Positions 21,973 to 32,735 of a stretch of DNA of 64,000 nt are shown here, piece by piece. The translations under genes and the position numbers were made by a program. The number at the start of each line of letters is the position of its first letter. Position 1 is the first letter of the stretch. This DNA comes from Candidatus Altimarinota bacterium (GTDB lineage Bacteria; Patescibacteriota; Gracilibacteria; BD1-5; UBA6164), in NCBI GenBank assembly GCA_024710565.1, contig JANJUN010000023.1:12909-76908 (forward strand), read 5' to 3'. The notes under the pieces are model-generated. The model worked only from the letters and a program-made list of their open reading frames with translations, searched no databases and was not told the origin of the DNA.

Positions 21973-23154
21973 TTATTTTTCTGAGTTTATTTCTTTGTCG
22001 CTTCTGTTTTCTCAGGTTTCTATTTCAAAACTTACTTCTTTAGTTTCTTTTTGTAATTGAATTGCTTTTTTGCTTCCTGAAAATATTTTTTCAAATATCC
22101 ATATCAATCAGTATGAGAGAGAAAATAAGAAAGGAAATCTATATTCTCTTTTTTTCCCATAACCGATTCAAAAAAAGATAAGAAATAATAGAAAAATATG
22201 ATATTCAACACGTCAAAGAATAAAAAACAAAATAGATAATAAGGTGATGGAAAGTCCATTGATGATATGATTTCTATTTTTAGAATTTATATCTATGAGG
22301 CTGAGAATATTCACATATGGAATATATGCGATCGCTTTGTTTATTTTTTCATCTTTAAGAGATTCTAAGAAGGTTTTATCTTGTTCATTGATAGTATTTT
22401 GATTATTTTTTTTATTTTGAATAATATCTTTCATCGATAGAAAAACTCCATTTCAAAAATAATTTTTTATATATTGTATAAAAGCAAAAATAAGTAAAGA
22501 CCCTTCTTCAAAAGTTGGAACTTTTGTAAGATGAAAAGAAATAATATTTTGTTTTCCGATCAGTAATAAAGAATAAAATCAAATAAAAATGAGATACAGT
22601 AATAAGAAAAGAAATCAAATATTTTCATATCATCATACAAATACCAAACTGATAATAATACTTATTAGTGTATTTATTTTAATATTATTTTCTATAATAG
22701 GACTTTTATAATTATAAAATTTTCCTTTTAAAACAAATCCTATAAACGGAATAAGAGAAAGGATAATAGTCAAAATTCCTTGTTCATTGAGGCTAGAGCT
22801 TTTTATTTGAATGATACTACTTGTTTTTGTCATATCGCTCATTTCTTTTATAGAAAAATCATCCCCAATACTTGCTTTATATGCACCATATAATAACCAT
22901 CAAAAGAGTCATAAAAACAATACTGCAGCACTTACGTGATTGAGATAAAAATTAAAAACAGAAATACCTCATAAAAAAGAAAAGGTAATAAATATCAGAT
23001 AATTGACAAACATTAAAAGATGAATGAATAGCGCAGTTTTTGCATGTTTTTTTACAAAAGGATGATTTATATTTTCTTTTTTTGAAGGGATTAATAAAAG
23101 CCCTCCGAGTCAAAAGTAAGCTGAAATAGCATTATTTATAATTTTTTTATTCAT
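21973..23154 (-). CDS. Membrane protein built from three DUF4870-like 2-4 TM modules (393 aa); could alternatively be split at internal ATGs
   Basis: A single TAA/TAG-free frame links three track ORFs (mirror 29417..30598). The repeated module pattern is INNAISAYFGLGGLLLIP...PFVKKHAKTALFIHLL / GILTIILSLIPFIGFVL / INKAIAYIPYVNILSLI. Confidence 0.5.
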
Positions 23155-23231
23155 TTTTTATTTTTAATTAGGTGTTTTAAAAAACTTGAATATATTATAC
23201 ATCAAATATTCTCTAAACACAAATTTAGTAT

Positions 23232-23813
23232 ATGAAAAATCTAGAAGTTGTCTTTGACAAATCGATTTCTATTGAGTCAAATAAAGTTTCCTTTGATAAT
23301 AAAAAACAAATTGTTTTTGTCGGGAGATCAAATGTTTGAAAATCAAGTTTAATGAATGCTTTATTTCAAAGTAAAGATTTAGTAAAAACGAGTTCTCTTC
23401 CAGGGAAAACAAAATTAGCAAATTTATTTAAAGTAAATAATAAATATCATTTTGTCGATTTACCAGGATATTGATTTGCTAAACTCGGACTAGAACAAAA
23501 AGCAAAACTCGACGCACTGATTAGTTGGTATTTAGAAGAATTTAGTAAAGATATTAAAAAAATAGTAGTTGTTTTAGATAGTAAACTTGGCCCTACTGAT
23601 ACTGATATTGATATGTTTAAATTTTTACAAGAATTTCAGGTTCCACTTATTTTTGTGTTGAATAAAATAGATAAATTATCAAATAATGATATTTTTAAAT
23701 CAGTTACTCATACACAAGATATTTTCTTTTGACAAAAAGTAGTCGCTGCATCGGCAAAAAATAATACGTGAATTGATGAATTGAGAAAAGAACTTATACA
23801 GAGTCTAAAATAA
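23232..23813 (+). CDS. engB: Ribosome-biogenesis GTPase EngB (YihA/YsxC)
   Basis: [16 protein letters not shown] (the P-loop Gly is TGA at 23337..23339), [32 protein letters not shown]. 193 aa. Confidence 0.9.
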
Positions 23814-23848
23814 AAACCTTTCCATGGAAAGGTTTTTATTTTAGACTC
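23801..23848. terminator. 48-bp perfect palindrome (24-bp arms) acting as a bidirectional terminator; it contains the stop codons of both convergent genes (mirror 28723..28770)
   Basis: gagtctaaaataaaaacctttcca|tggaaaggtttttattttagactc, read directly. Confidence 0.8.
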
Positions 23849-24299
23849 TTATTTTTGTTATTTTTTCTTTATATTTTAAACATTTTGAAGTAATACATTT
23901 CCCAGTAATTCAAGCAAAAAGTGGGAGAATTCACATAAGTCATATCAAAACATCAAAATCAAGATTTGGACTTTCTTCTATACTTCCAGCTATATAAAAT
24001 AGGAGTATTCAAAATATTATTTGAAGAATTCTTAAGTATTTTTTCTTCAGGAAACAGAGATTGGTTAATCACATAAATACTGGAACTATTCAGATACCAA
24101 TCATAATATATTTTGCTATTTGAGCTTCTTCAATACTTAAAACAAGAGCTCAGAAAAAATATTCAAAATCAATTCCTTTATCAAGAGCGATAAGATTATA
24201 ATACATTACACCAATATATAAAAGTCAAAAAACAACTCTTCCTACTAAAATCGTTCTATCGCTTGGTCTTTTTTGTATAAATTTTATAAGTCACATCAT
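23841..24299 (-). CDS. DUF2892 (YgaP-like) membrane protein
   Basis: 152-aa ORF read on the mirror copy 28272..28730. GRVVFGLLYIG ... GILPLFAGITGKCITSKCL resembles the DUF2892 C-terminal motif. Confidence 0.6.
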
Positions 24300-24369
24300 A
24301 CTTTTTTCTACCATTAAAAAATAAAGTTAAGATTATGATAAGAGAAAATCAAAAAAAATCAAAAAAATT

Positions 24370-24396
24370 TTGACAAATATGAAAATTTTATATAAT
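24370..24396 (+). promoter_or_regulatory. Promoter of tRNA-Gln (mirror 28175..28201)
   Basis: Consensus TTGACA (24370..24375), a 15-nt spacer and TATAAT (24391..24396), 19 nt upstream of the tRNA. The spacer is shorter than optimal. Confidence 0.45.
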
Positions 24397-24414
24397 TAAG
24401 TCGCAATTAATTAT

Positions 24415-24489
24415 TGGGGTGTCGCCAAGTGGTAAGGCATCGGACTTTGACTCCGACATTCGTAGGTTCGATCCCTACCACCCCAGCCA
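24415..24489 (+). tRNA. tRNA-Gln (anticodon UUG), CCA encoded
   Basis: Folded by hand. Acceptor TGGGGTG/CACCCCA (U1-A72, G73 as in bacterial tRNA-Gln). D arm gcc/ggc. Anticodon stem tcgga/tccga with loop cTTTGac. Variable region cattc. T arm gtagg ttcgatc cctac. CCA end. Confidence 0.9.
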
Positions 24490-24651
24490 AAATAACTCAT
24501 AGGCTTTCGCAATAAAAATATGGATTATAATTATAGTTCAGGGGAGCGAAAGTGAGGGTTTTCACGAAAGTGAAAATTCAAATGCGATGGATAAGAGCAT
24601 TTGAAACGAGTGGCCTACCCTTTAGGGAGCCGATCCCTACCACCCCAGCCA
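24490..24651 (+). other. 141-nt structured spacer followed by a 21-nt exact repeat of the tRNA-Gln 3' end (T-loop half, acceptor 3' strand, CCA)
   Basis: cgatccctaccaccccagcca occurs at 24469..24489 and again at 24631..24651. The spacer holds the hairpins ttcac-gaaa-gtgaa and aaatgc-(11 nt)-gcattt. The second copy is preceded by taggga-gccga-tcccta instead of a true T arm. Confidence 0.6.
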
Positions 24652-24746
24652 TAGAATTAAGTACCAATGAAGACGTAAAAAATAAGAAAATTTGGGTTTT
24701 ATTTTTTAAGTTTTATACTTAATTTTAATTTTTAAATAATATACAT

Positions 24747-25058
24747 ATGTTAGCTGTACTAGAATTAGGTTGAAATCAATTTATCGTAAGAAAATGAGAT
24801 GTAATTGATGTTAAGAAATTAGATAAACAAGTGGGAGATACTCTCAGTGTTGAAGCTATGTTAGTAAGTGATGAAGATGGAGTAGATGTAAAAGTAGGAA
24901 CTCCAGTAGTAAATGGTTCTAAAGTTGAATTAAAAGTTTTAGACCAATTTAAAGATGAAAAAGTAAGAGTTTTCAAAATGAAAGCAAAGAAAAGATATAC
25001 GAGAAACTTGTGATTTAGAGCAAGTTTAACTAAGTTAGAAGTATTAAATATAGCATAA
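24747..25058 (+). CDS. rplU: 50S ribosomal protein L21
   Basis: MLAVLELGGNQFIVRKGDVIDV ... VRVFKMKAKKRYTRNLGFRASLTKLEVLNI. The GG of the conserved GGKQ motif includes TGA at 24771..24773. Confidence 0.92.
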
Positions 25059-25064
25059 AAGGAG

Positions 25065-25089
25065 GGTAGTATCATACTACCTTTTTTTT
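25065..25089 (+). terminator. rplU terminator (mirror 27482..27506)
   Basis: ggtagt atcat actacc followed by T8. Confidence 0.7.
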
Positions 25090-25137
25090 GTAGTCTAGTA
25101 AAGTTTAATACTTCTTTTTATTTTTTAATAAAAGTTA

Positions 25138-26259
25138 ATGGTTTCAAAAGTTAATTTAAAAGCAAGAATTGATAGACATTCAAGAATTTTAAAAGATAAT
25201 TTATGAAATATTCATCCTTTTAGATCATTTTATCACAAATTTAATTACAATATTGTATTTATATTTGTTGTGTTTTTATTTCCGGTATATCCACTTTTTT
25301 CTTCTTTCTTTTATGAAAATACAGCGTATGATTTTTATAGATGAGATATCGATGAAACTACGATATTGGATTCATATTTAGATGATGAGGAAGCGAGCAT
25401 TATTGTTTCAAAAGATTCGTTTATATCGATCAATACTCTTATGGATGGGAGTAGGGATTTAAGTTGATATAGTGAGATTATTGATTATGAAATCCTTCCT
25501 TGAGATAGTTTATCTCTCATCGCACAAAAATTTTGAGTTTCTAATAATTCTATCTTATGGGCGAATAACTTTGATGCCAAAAAAATCCTTCATCCGGGGG
25601 AAAAGATTAAAATTCCACCAGTTTCTGGTCTTATTCATCAGGTAAAATCTGGGGATACACTATGAACTATAGCTTCTAAATATAAAGTAAATCAAGAAAA
25701 AATTATTGCGCAAAATGGTCTTACTGGAGCTTCGGCTACGATAGAAGCTGGACAAATGTTGATTATTCCAGGGGCTATTAAAGAAGTACCTAAACCAGTT
25801 ATCGCACAAGCTCCTAAAAGAACTTCTTCTTGAAAAAGAACAAATACCCAAGCACAAGGATGATATAGTTTTGCTCAATGAGGAACTTCAGAGTTTATAG
25901 ATACAGACGGGTCATATAAATTAGTAAAAAGAACACCACAATGGACATTTTACTGGTGAAATTGTACTTGGTATGTAGCTCAATATAAAAATGTAAATTG
26001 GTCGTGAAATGCAAAAGATTGGTTAAGGAATGCAAAATGAAAATGACATTCTACCGGGTCAACTCCTGGATTATGAGCTATCGTAGTATTTCATGGAAAG
26101 TGATATAATCCTGTGTACGGACATGTATGAATCGTTGTTGATGTAACATCAACTGATATTATTGTAAAAGATATGAATTACCGTAGATTAAACGAAGTTA
26201 CCGTGAGAAAAGTTCCTAAAACAGATAGAGCTATTCAATGATATATCTATGTGGATTAA
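25138..26259 (+). CDS. Cell-wall hydrolase with N-terminal TM anchor, two LysM domains and a C-terminal CHAP (NlpC/P60-superfamily) domain
   Basis: 373-aa ORF verified codon by codon. LysM: YEILPGDSLSLIAQKFGVS...KIKIP and HQVKSGDTLGTIASKYKVN...LIIP. CHAP: YWGNCTWYVAQ ... GAIVVFHGKGYNPVYGHVGIV. TAA at 26257..26259. Confidence 0.85.
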
Positions 26260-26311
26260 AAATATTGAAATAAAAAAAATCGTAATTACGATTTTTTTTA
26301 TTTCAATATTT
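26260..26311. terminator. Palindrome centre: a terminator-like AT-rich hairpin between the two tail-to-tail CHAP gene copies
   Basis: aaatattgaaataaaaaaaatcgtaa|ttacgattttttttatttcaatattt. It has the same style as the other A-run/stem/T-run terminators in the window. Confidence 0.6.
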
Positions 26312-27433
26312 TTAATCCACATAGATATATCATTGAATAGCTCTATCTGTTTTAGGAACTTTTCTCACGGTAACTTCGTTTAATCTACGGTAATTCATAT
26401 CTTTTACAATAATATCAGTTGATGTTACATCAACAACGATTCATACATGTCCGTACACAGGATTATATCACTTTCCATGAAATACTACGATAGCTCATAA
26501 TCCAGGAGTTGACCCGGTAGAATGTCATTTTCATTTTGCATTCCTTAACCAATCTTTTGCATTTCACGACCAATTTACATTTTTATATTGAGCTACATAC
26601 CAAGTACAATTTCACCAGTAAAATGTCCATTGTGGTGTTCTTTTTACTAATTTATATGACCCGTCTGTATCTATAAACTCTGAAGTTCCTCATTGAGCAA
26701 AACTATATCATCCTTGTGCTTGGGTATTTGTTCTTTTTCAAGAAGAAGTTCTTTTAGGAGCTTGTGCGATAACTGGTTTAGGTACTTCTTTAATAGCCCC
26801 TGGAATAATCAACATTTGTCCAGCTTCTATCGTAGCCGAAGCTCCAGTAAGACCATTTTGCGCAATAATTTTTTCTTGATTTACTTTATATTTAGAAGCT
26901 ATAGTTCATAGTGTATCCCCAGATTTTACCTGATGAATAAGACCAGAAACTGGTGGAATTTTAATCTTTTCCCCCGGATGAAGGATTTTTTTGGCATCAA
27001 AGTTATTCGCCCATAAGATAGAATTATTAGAAACTCAAAATTTTTGTGCGATGAGAGATAAACTATCTCAAGGAAGGATTTCATAATCAATAATCTCACT
27101 ATATCAACTTAAATCCCTACTCCCATCCATAAGAGTATTGATCGATATAAACGAATCTTTTGAAACAATAATGCTCGCTTCCTCATCATCTAAATATGAA
27201 TCCAATATCGTAGTTTCATCGATATCTCATCTATAAAAATCATACGCTGTATTTTCATAAAAGAAAGAAGAAAAAAGTGGATATACCGGAAATAAAAACA
27301 CAACAAATATAAATACAATATTGTAATTAAATTTGTGATAAAATGATCTAAAAGGATGAATATTTCATAAATTATCTTTTAAAATTCTTGAATGTCTATC
27401 AATTCTTGCTTTTAAATTAACTTTTGAAACCAT
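26312..27433 (-). CDS. LysM-CHAP cell-wall hydrolase (mirror copy)
   Basis: Exact reverse-complement copy of 25138..26259 (52571-x). Confidence 0.85.
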
Positions 27434-27512
27434 TAACTTTTATTAAAAAATAAAAAGAAGTATTAAACTTTACTAGACTACAAAAAAAAGGTAGTATGAT
27501 ACTACCCTCCTT

Positions 27513-27824
27513 TTATGCTATATTTAATACTTCTAACTTAGTTAAACTTGCTCTAAATCACAAGTTTCTCGTATATCTTTTCTTTGCTTTCATTTTGAAA
27601 ACTCTTACTTTTTCATCTTTAAATTGGTCTAAAACTTTTAATTCAACTTTAGAACCATTTACTACTGGAGTTCCTACTTTTACATCTACTCCATCTTCAT
27701 CACTTACTAACATAGCTTCAACACTGAGAGTATCTCCCACTTGTTTATCTAATTTCTTAACATCAATTACATCTCATTTTCTTACGATAAATTGATTTCA
27801 ACCTAATTCTAGTACAGCTAACAT
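27513..27824 (-). CDS. rplU: 50S ribosomal protein L21 (mirror copy)
   Basis: Exact reverse-complement copy of 24747..25058. Confidence 0.92.
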
Positions 27825-27919
27825 ATGTATATTATTTAAAAATTAAAATTAAGTATAAAACTTAAAAAATAAAACCCAAATTTTCTTATTTTTTACGTCT
27901 TCATTGGTACTTAATTCTA

Positions 27920-28081
27920 TGGCTGGGGTGGTAGGGATCGGCTCCCTAAAGGGTAGGCCACTCGTTTCAAATGCTCTTATCCATCGCATTTGAATTTTCA
28001 CTTTCGTGAAAACCCTCACTTTCGCTCCCCTGAACTATAATTATAATCCATATTTTTATTGCGAAAGCCTATGAGTTATTT
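27920..28081 (-). other. Structured spacer plus duplicated tRNA 3' end (mirror copy)
   Basis: Exact reverse-complement copy of 24490..24651; tggctggggtggtagggatcg is seen at 27920..27940 and 28082..28102. Confidence 0.6.
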
Positions 28082-28156
28082 TGGCTGGGGTGGTAGGGAT
28101 CGAACCTACGAATGTCGGAGTCAAAGTCCGATGCCTTACCACTTGGCGACACCCCA
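28082..28156 (-). tRNA. tRNA-Gln (UUG) (mirror copy)
   Basis: Exact reverse-complement copy of 24415..24489. Confidence 0.9.
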
Positions 28157-28271
28157 ATAATTAATTGCGACTTAATTATATAAAATTTTCATATTTGTCA
28201 AAATTTTTTTGATTTTTTTTGATTTTCTCTTATCATAATCTTAACTTTATTTTTTAATGGTAGAAAAAAGT

Positions 28272-28730
28272 ATGATGTGACTTATAAAATTTATACAAAA
28301 AAGACCAAGCGATAGAACGATTTTAGTAGGAAGAGTTGTTTTTTGACTTTTATATATTGGTGTAATGTATTATAATCTTATCGCTCTTGATAAAGGAATT
28401 GATTTTGAATATTTTTTCTGAGCTCTTGTTTTAAGTATTGAAGAAGCTCAAATAGCAAAATATATTATGATTGGTATCTGAATAGTTCCAGTATTTATGT
28501 GATTAACCAATCTCTGTTTCCTGAAGAAAAAATACTTAAGAATTCTTCAAATAATATTTTGAATACTCCTATTTTATATAGCTGGAAGTATAGAAGAAAG
28601 TCCAAATCTTGATTTTGATGTTTTGATATGACTTATGTGAATTCTCCCACTTTTTGCTTGAATTACTGGGAAATGTATTACTTCAAAATGTTTAAAATAT
28701 AAAGAAAAAATAACAAAAATAAGAGTCTAA
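28272..28730 (+). CDS. DUF2892 (YgaP-like) membrane protein (mirror copy)
   Basis: Mirror of 23841..24299; translated directly from this strand. Confidence 0.6.
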
Positions 28731-28757
28731 AATAAAAACCTTTCCATGGAAAGGTTT

Positions 28758-29339
28758 TTATTTTAGACTCTGTATAAGTTCTTTTCTCAATTCATCAATT
28801 CACGTATTATTTTTTGCCGATGCAGCGACTACTTTTTGTCAAAAGAAAATATCTTGTGTATGAGTAACTGATTTAAAAATATCATTATTTGATAATTTAT
28901 CTATTTTATTCAACACAAAAATAAGTGGAACCTGAAATTCTTGTAAAAATTTAAACATATCAATATCAGTATCAGTAGGGCCAAGTTTACTATCTAAAAC
29001 AACTACTATTTTTTTAATATCTTTACTAAATTCTTCTAAATACCAACTAATCAGTGCGTCGAGTTTTGCTTTTTGTTCTAGTCCGAGTTTAGCAAATCAA
29101 TATCCTGGTAAATCGACAAAATGATATTTATTATTTACTTTAAATAAATTTGCTAATTTTGTTTTCCCTGGAAGAGAACTCGTTTTTACTAAATCTTTAC
29201 TTTGAAATAAAGCATTCATTAAACTTGATTTTCAAACATTTGATCTCCCGACAAAAACAATTTGTTTTTTATTATCAAAGGAAACTTTATTTGACTCAAT
29301 AGAAATCGATTTGTCAAAGACAACTTCTAGATTTTTCAT
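28758..29339 (-). CDS. engB: GTPase EngB (mirror copy)
   Basis: Mirror of 23232..23813. Confidence 0.9.
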
Positions 29340-29416
29340 ATACTAAATTTGTGTTTAGAGAATATTTGATGTATAATATATTCAAGTTTTTTAAAACACC
29401 TAATTAAAAATAAAAA

Positions 29417-30598
29417 ATGAATAAAAAAATTATAAATAATGCTATTTCAGCTTACTTTTGACTCGGAGGGCTTTTATTAATCCCTTCAAAAAAAGAAAAT
29501 ATAAATCATCCTTTTGTAAAAAAACATGCAAAAACTGCGCTATTCATTCATCTTTTAATGTTTGTCAATTATCTGATATTTATTACCTTTTCTTTTTTAT
29601 GAGGTATTTCTGTTTTTAATTTTTATCTCAATCACGTAAGTGCTGCAGTATTGTTTTTATGACTCTTTTGATGGTTATTATATGGTGCATATAAAGCAAG
29701 TATTGGGGATGATTTTTCTATAAAAGAAATGAGCGATATGACAAAAACAAGTAGTATCATTCAAATAAAAAGCTCTAGCCTCAATGAACAAGGAATTTTG
29801 ACTATTATCCTTTCTCTTATTCCGTTTATAGGATTTGTTTTAAAAGGAAAATTTTATAATTATAAAAGTCCTATTATAGAAAATAATATTAAAATAAATA
29901 CACTAATAAGTATTATTATCAGTTTGGTATTTGTATGATGATATGAAAATATTTGATTTCTTTTCTTATTACTGTATCTCATTTTTATTTGATTTTATTC
30001 TTTATTACTGATCGGAAAACAAAATATTATTTCTTTTCATCTTACAAAAGTTCCAACTTTTGAAGAAGGGTCTTTACTTATTTTTGCTTTTATACAATAT
30101 ATAAAAAATTATTTTTGAAATGGAGTTTTTCTATCGATGAAAGATATTATTCAAAATAAAAAAAATAATCAAAATACTATCAATGAACAAGATAAAACCT
30201 TCTTAGAATCTCTTAAAGATGAAAAAATAAACAAAGCGATCGCATATATTCCATATGTGAATATTCTCAGCCTCATAGATATAAATTCTAAAAATAGAAA
30301 TCATATCATCAATGGACTTTCCATCACCTTATTATCTATTTTGTTTTTTATTCTTTGACGTGTTGAATATCATATTTTTCTATTATTTCTTATCTTTTTT
30401 TGAATCGGTTATGGGAAAAAAAGAGAATATAGATTTCCTTTCTTATTTTCTCTCTCATACTGATTGATATGGATATTTGAAAAAATATTTTCAGGAAGCA
30501 AAAAAGCAATTCAATTACAAAAAGAAACTAAAGAAGTAAGTTTTGAAATAGAAACCTGAGAAAACAGAAGCGACAAAGAAATAAACTCAGAAAAATAA
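29417..30598 (+). CDS. Three-module DUF4870-like membrane protein (mirror copy)
   Basis: Mirror of 21973..23154; translated directly from this strand. TAA at 30596..30598. Confidence 0.5.
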
Positions 30599-30619
30599 AA
30601 AAAGGAGGAAACTCCTTTT

Positions 30620-31264
30620 TTATCTCACAAACCAATAAATCAAATATAAAATCATAAGATGAACTGGATAAAATCAATATTTGACATAATAATTCATCTT
30701 AAAATCATATTTTTGTATGGGGGTAAAATACAGTATAAAAACTGATATTACCGATAAAATCTGTATATGATAATGAAATGTTATATTTTGGTAATTTACA
30801 TCATAAAATAAAAATGTCAGCACAAAAAAATATACAACGGTCATTTTTTTCTGCCAAGTAAAGTAGAATAATATGATAGAAAGAATTCCATATATTCCAT
30901 AATCAAAATGAAAAAAGTCCGCAAGAGCTAAAAATGAACCTATAATAGGAATTTTAAAATACCGATTTATTTCTTTATTTTCTATAGTTCATAAGGAAAG
31001 AAGTCAAAAAAGAAGCGTAAAACACACATTGAGAAATAAATCTTGATTGATGAATAAAAATGGGATTTGAGAAATAAGTGCAAGTGCTAAAATTCTTTTA
31101 GCATAATTTTGTTTATTTTTTGTCAACTTATACCCTCTCACTATCCCCCAAGCAAATAAAGGAAATGATATTCTCCCAATCATCCTCCAAATATCATCAC
31201 TCGGGAAAAAAATCATTCCAATATGATCAATAAGCATCGTAATAAACGCAAGTAGTAAAACCAT
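30620..31264 (-). CDS. TraX family membrane protein (mirror copy)
   Basis: Mirror of 21307..21951. Confidence 0.75.
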
Positions 31265-31275
31265 AATTATTTTAT

Positions 31276-31524
31276 TTACGGAAATAATTTTTGTATTTGT
31301 AAGAGTTTGTTTTCTAGCGCTCCTATTGATTGATACGCCTCTAATAATACTCTAGGTGAGGTATTTTTTCTTCACAAACAGAGTCAAATATTATGCCTCA
31401 CTAAATCTCTGGTTATTTCTAATTGTCATTTATATTTTTCTAAATCTTGGGGAGAAATGCTTTCAATATCTCTCTCTAAAAGAGAATGTGCCCCTGCTAC
31501 TTTTACGCCTAAATCTATTGCCAC
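31276..31524 (-). CDS. Possible small protein, GTG start (mirror copy)
   Basis: Mirror of 21047..21295. Confidence 0.3.
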
Positions 31525-31527
31525 AAT

Positions 31528-32244
31528 TTATTTTTTATTAGTTTGTAAAATATAAAATCAAACTACCATTCCTGTCGTTTGGGTTCTTAATATATTATTT
31601 CCAAGGTATGCTTTGAGAAAATTATTTTGAAGAAATATATCGTTTTCTTTTGATGAAAATCATCCCTCAGGACCAACGAATATATTGATTTGGGATGAAA
31701 AATCAAATGCAATATCTGATAATTTTTCAGCCCCCATTTCATCGGTATGAAAAAATATATTTTGTCATTTTATCTTTGTGATATCAAGAACATCTAAAAA
31801 AGTAATTTCTGGAACTCTATTTCTACCTGATTGTTCCACTGCTTCCCTAATAATTTTTTCAAATCTGAGTATTTTATTCTCAGAAATATAGATATCTTGG
31901 CTTCTTTCTGAACGAAAAAAACAAAAATGACTGTATCAAATCTCGGTTCATTTTTGAATAATATCTTCTATTTTATCGATTTTATTTGGAAGTGATTGAT
32001 AGAGGTTGAGTCAAACAAATTCTTCTTTTTTTTCTTGTTTTGAGATGAATGAAAAAATAATATTTTTTTTATCAATCGATTTAATTTCATACACATAATC
32101 AAAAAAATTCTCTCCATCAAAAAATATTACCTGATCAGTATTTTTCGCTCTTAATACTTTTACCAATTGGTAGATGATTTCTTCATCTTGGAGAATAATT
32201 TCATCATTTCCAAGTACGGTTGTTTTTAGTAAAAATCTTTGCAT
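31528..32244 (-). CDS. rsmE: 16S rRNA methyltransferase RsmE (mirror copy)
   Basis: Mirror of 20327..21043. Confidence 0.85.
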
Positions 32245-32309
32245 AATTTTATATTATTATTAAAAAAAGATTAAAACTTTTTGGCTTTAATCTTTGAAGT
32301 TTTTACTCC

Positions 32310-32642
32310 TTATCTCGGCATTCCATAAAAGTCTAATCCTTTTGCATCTACCATAGATTTGGTAATAAAATTTTTCTTTTTCCCCGTTTTAAAAAATCCT
32401 CTTTCATCAATAATTCCTTGTTCAATAAGAGTTTGAATATTTTTATTGGCTAATTTTTTCTTTGGAAAATTTTGTTTATTTTCAAAATAATGTGTTCTTG
32501 CCTTATACGACATATTTTTTCTCGTTTGTGGATTTTCATTTCCAATGTACACTTGATATGATGCTTTTTTATTTTTTGCTTGTTTTCTTGCTGCTGCTTG
32601 TTTTTTAACAATTCTCGAGGTAAGTCCGTGACTATTTGCCAT
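32310..32642 (-). CDS. Small basic protein (mirror copy)
   Basis: Mirror of 19929..20261. Confidence 0.55.
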   Translation of the reverse strand: MANSHGLTSRIVKKQAAARKQAKNKKASYQVYIGNENPQTRKNMSYKARTHYFENKQNFPKKKLANKNIQTLIEQGIIDERGFFKTGKKKNFITKSMVDAKGLDFYGMPR

Positions 32643-32735
32643 AATTCTGTACTAAAAAATTAAATTGTAATGTGTTTTAAAAATATGGGCGAATTATATG
32701 GAAAAACGTTTTTTTTTCAAGTTTTTATTTCCTTT

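Larger units (their letters stand above)
1..26285. repeat. Left arm of a spacer-less perfect inverted duplication (palindrome); arm at least 26,285 bp, cut by the window start
   Basis: Read directly: 1..14 is the reverse complement of 52557..52570. Every ORF in the track recurs at 52571-x on the opposite strand with an identical protein. The centre is cgtaa|ttacg between 26285 and 26286, with no spacer. Confidence 0.97.

Noticed and set aside
24415-24651. The 237-nt region running from a GGGG... 5' end to a T-arm/CCA 3' end might be a short tmRNA.
   Set aside because: The first 75 nt fold into a complete tRNA with an intact anticodon arm (UUG). There is no G3:U70 alanine identity pair. There is no plausible tag reading frame ending in a hydrophobic tail before a stop. 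The length is far below typical tmRNAs.
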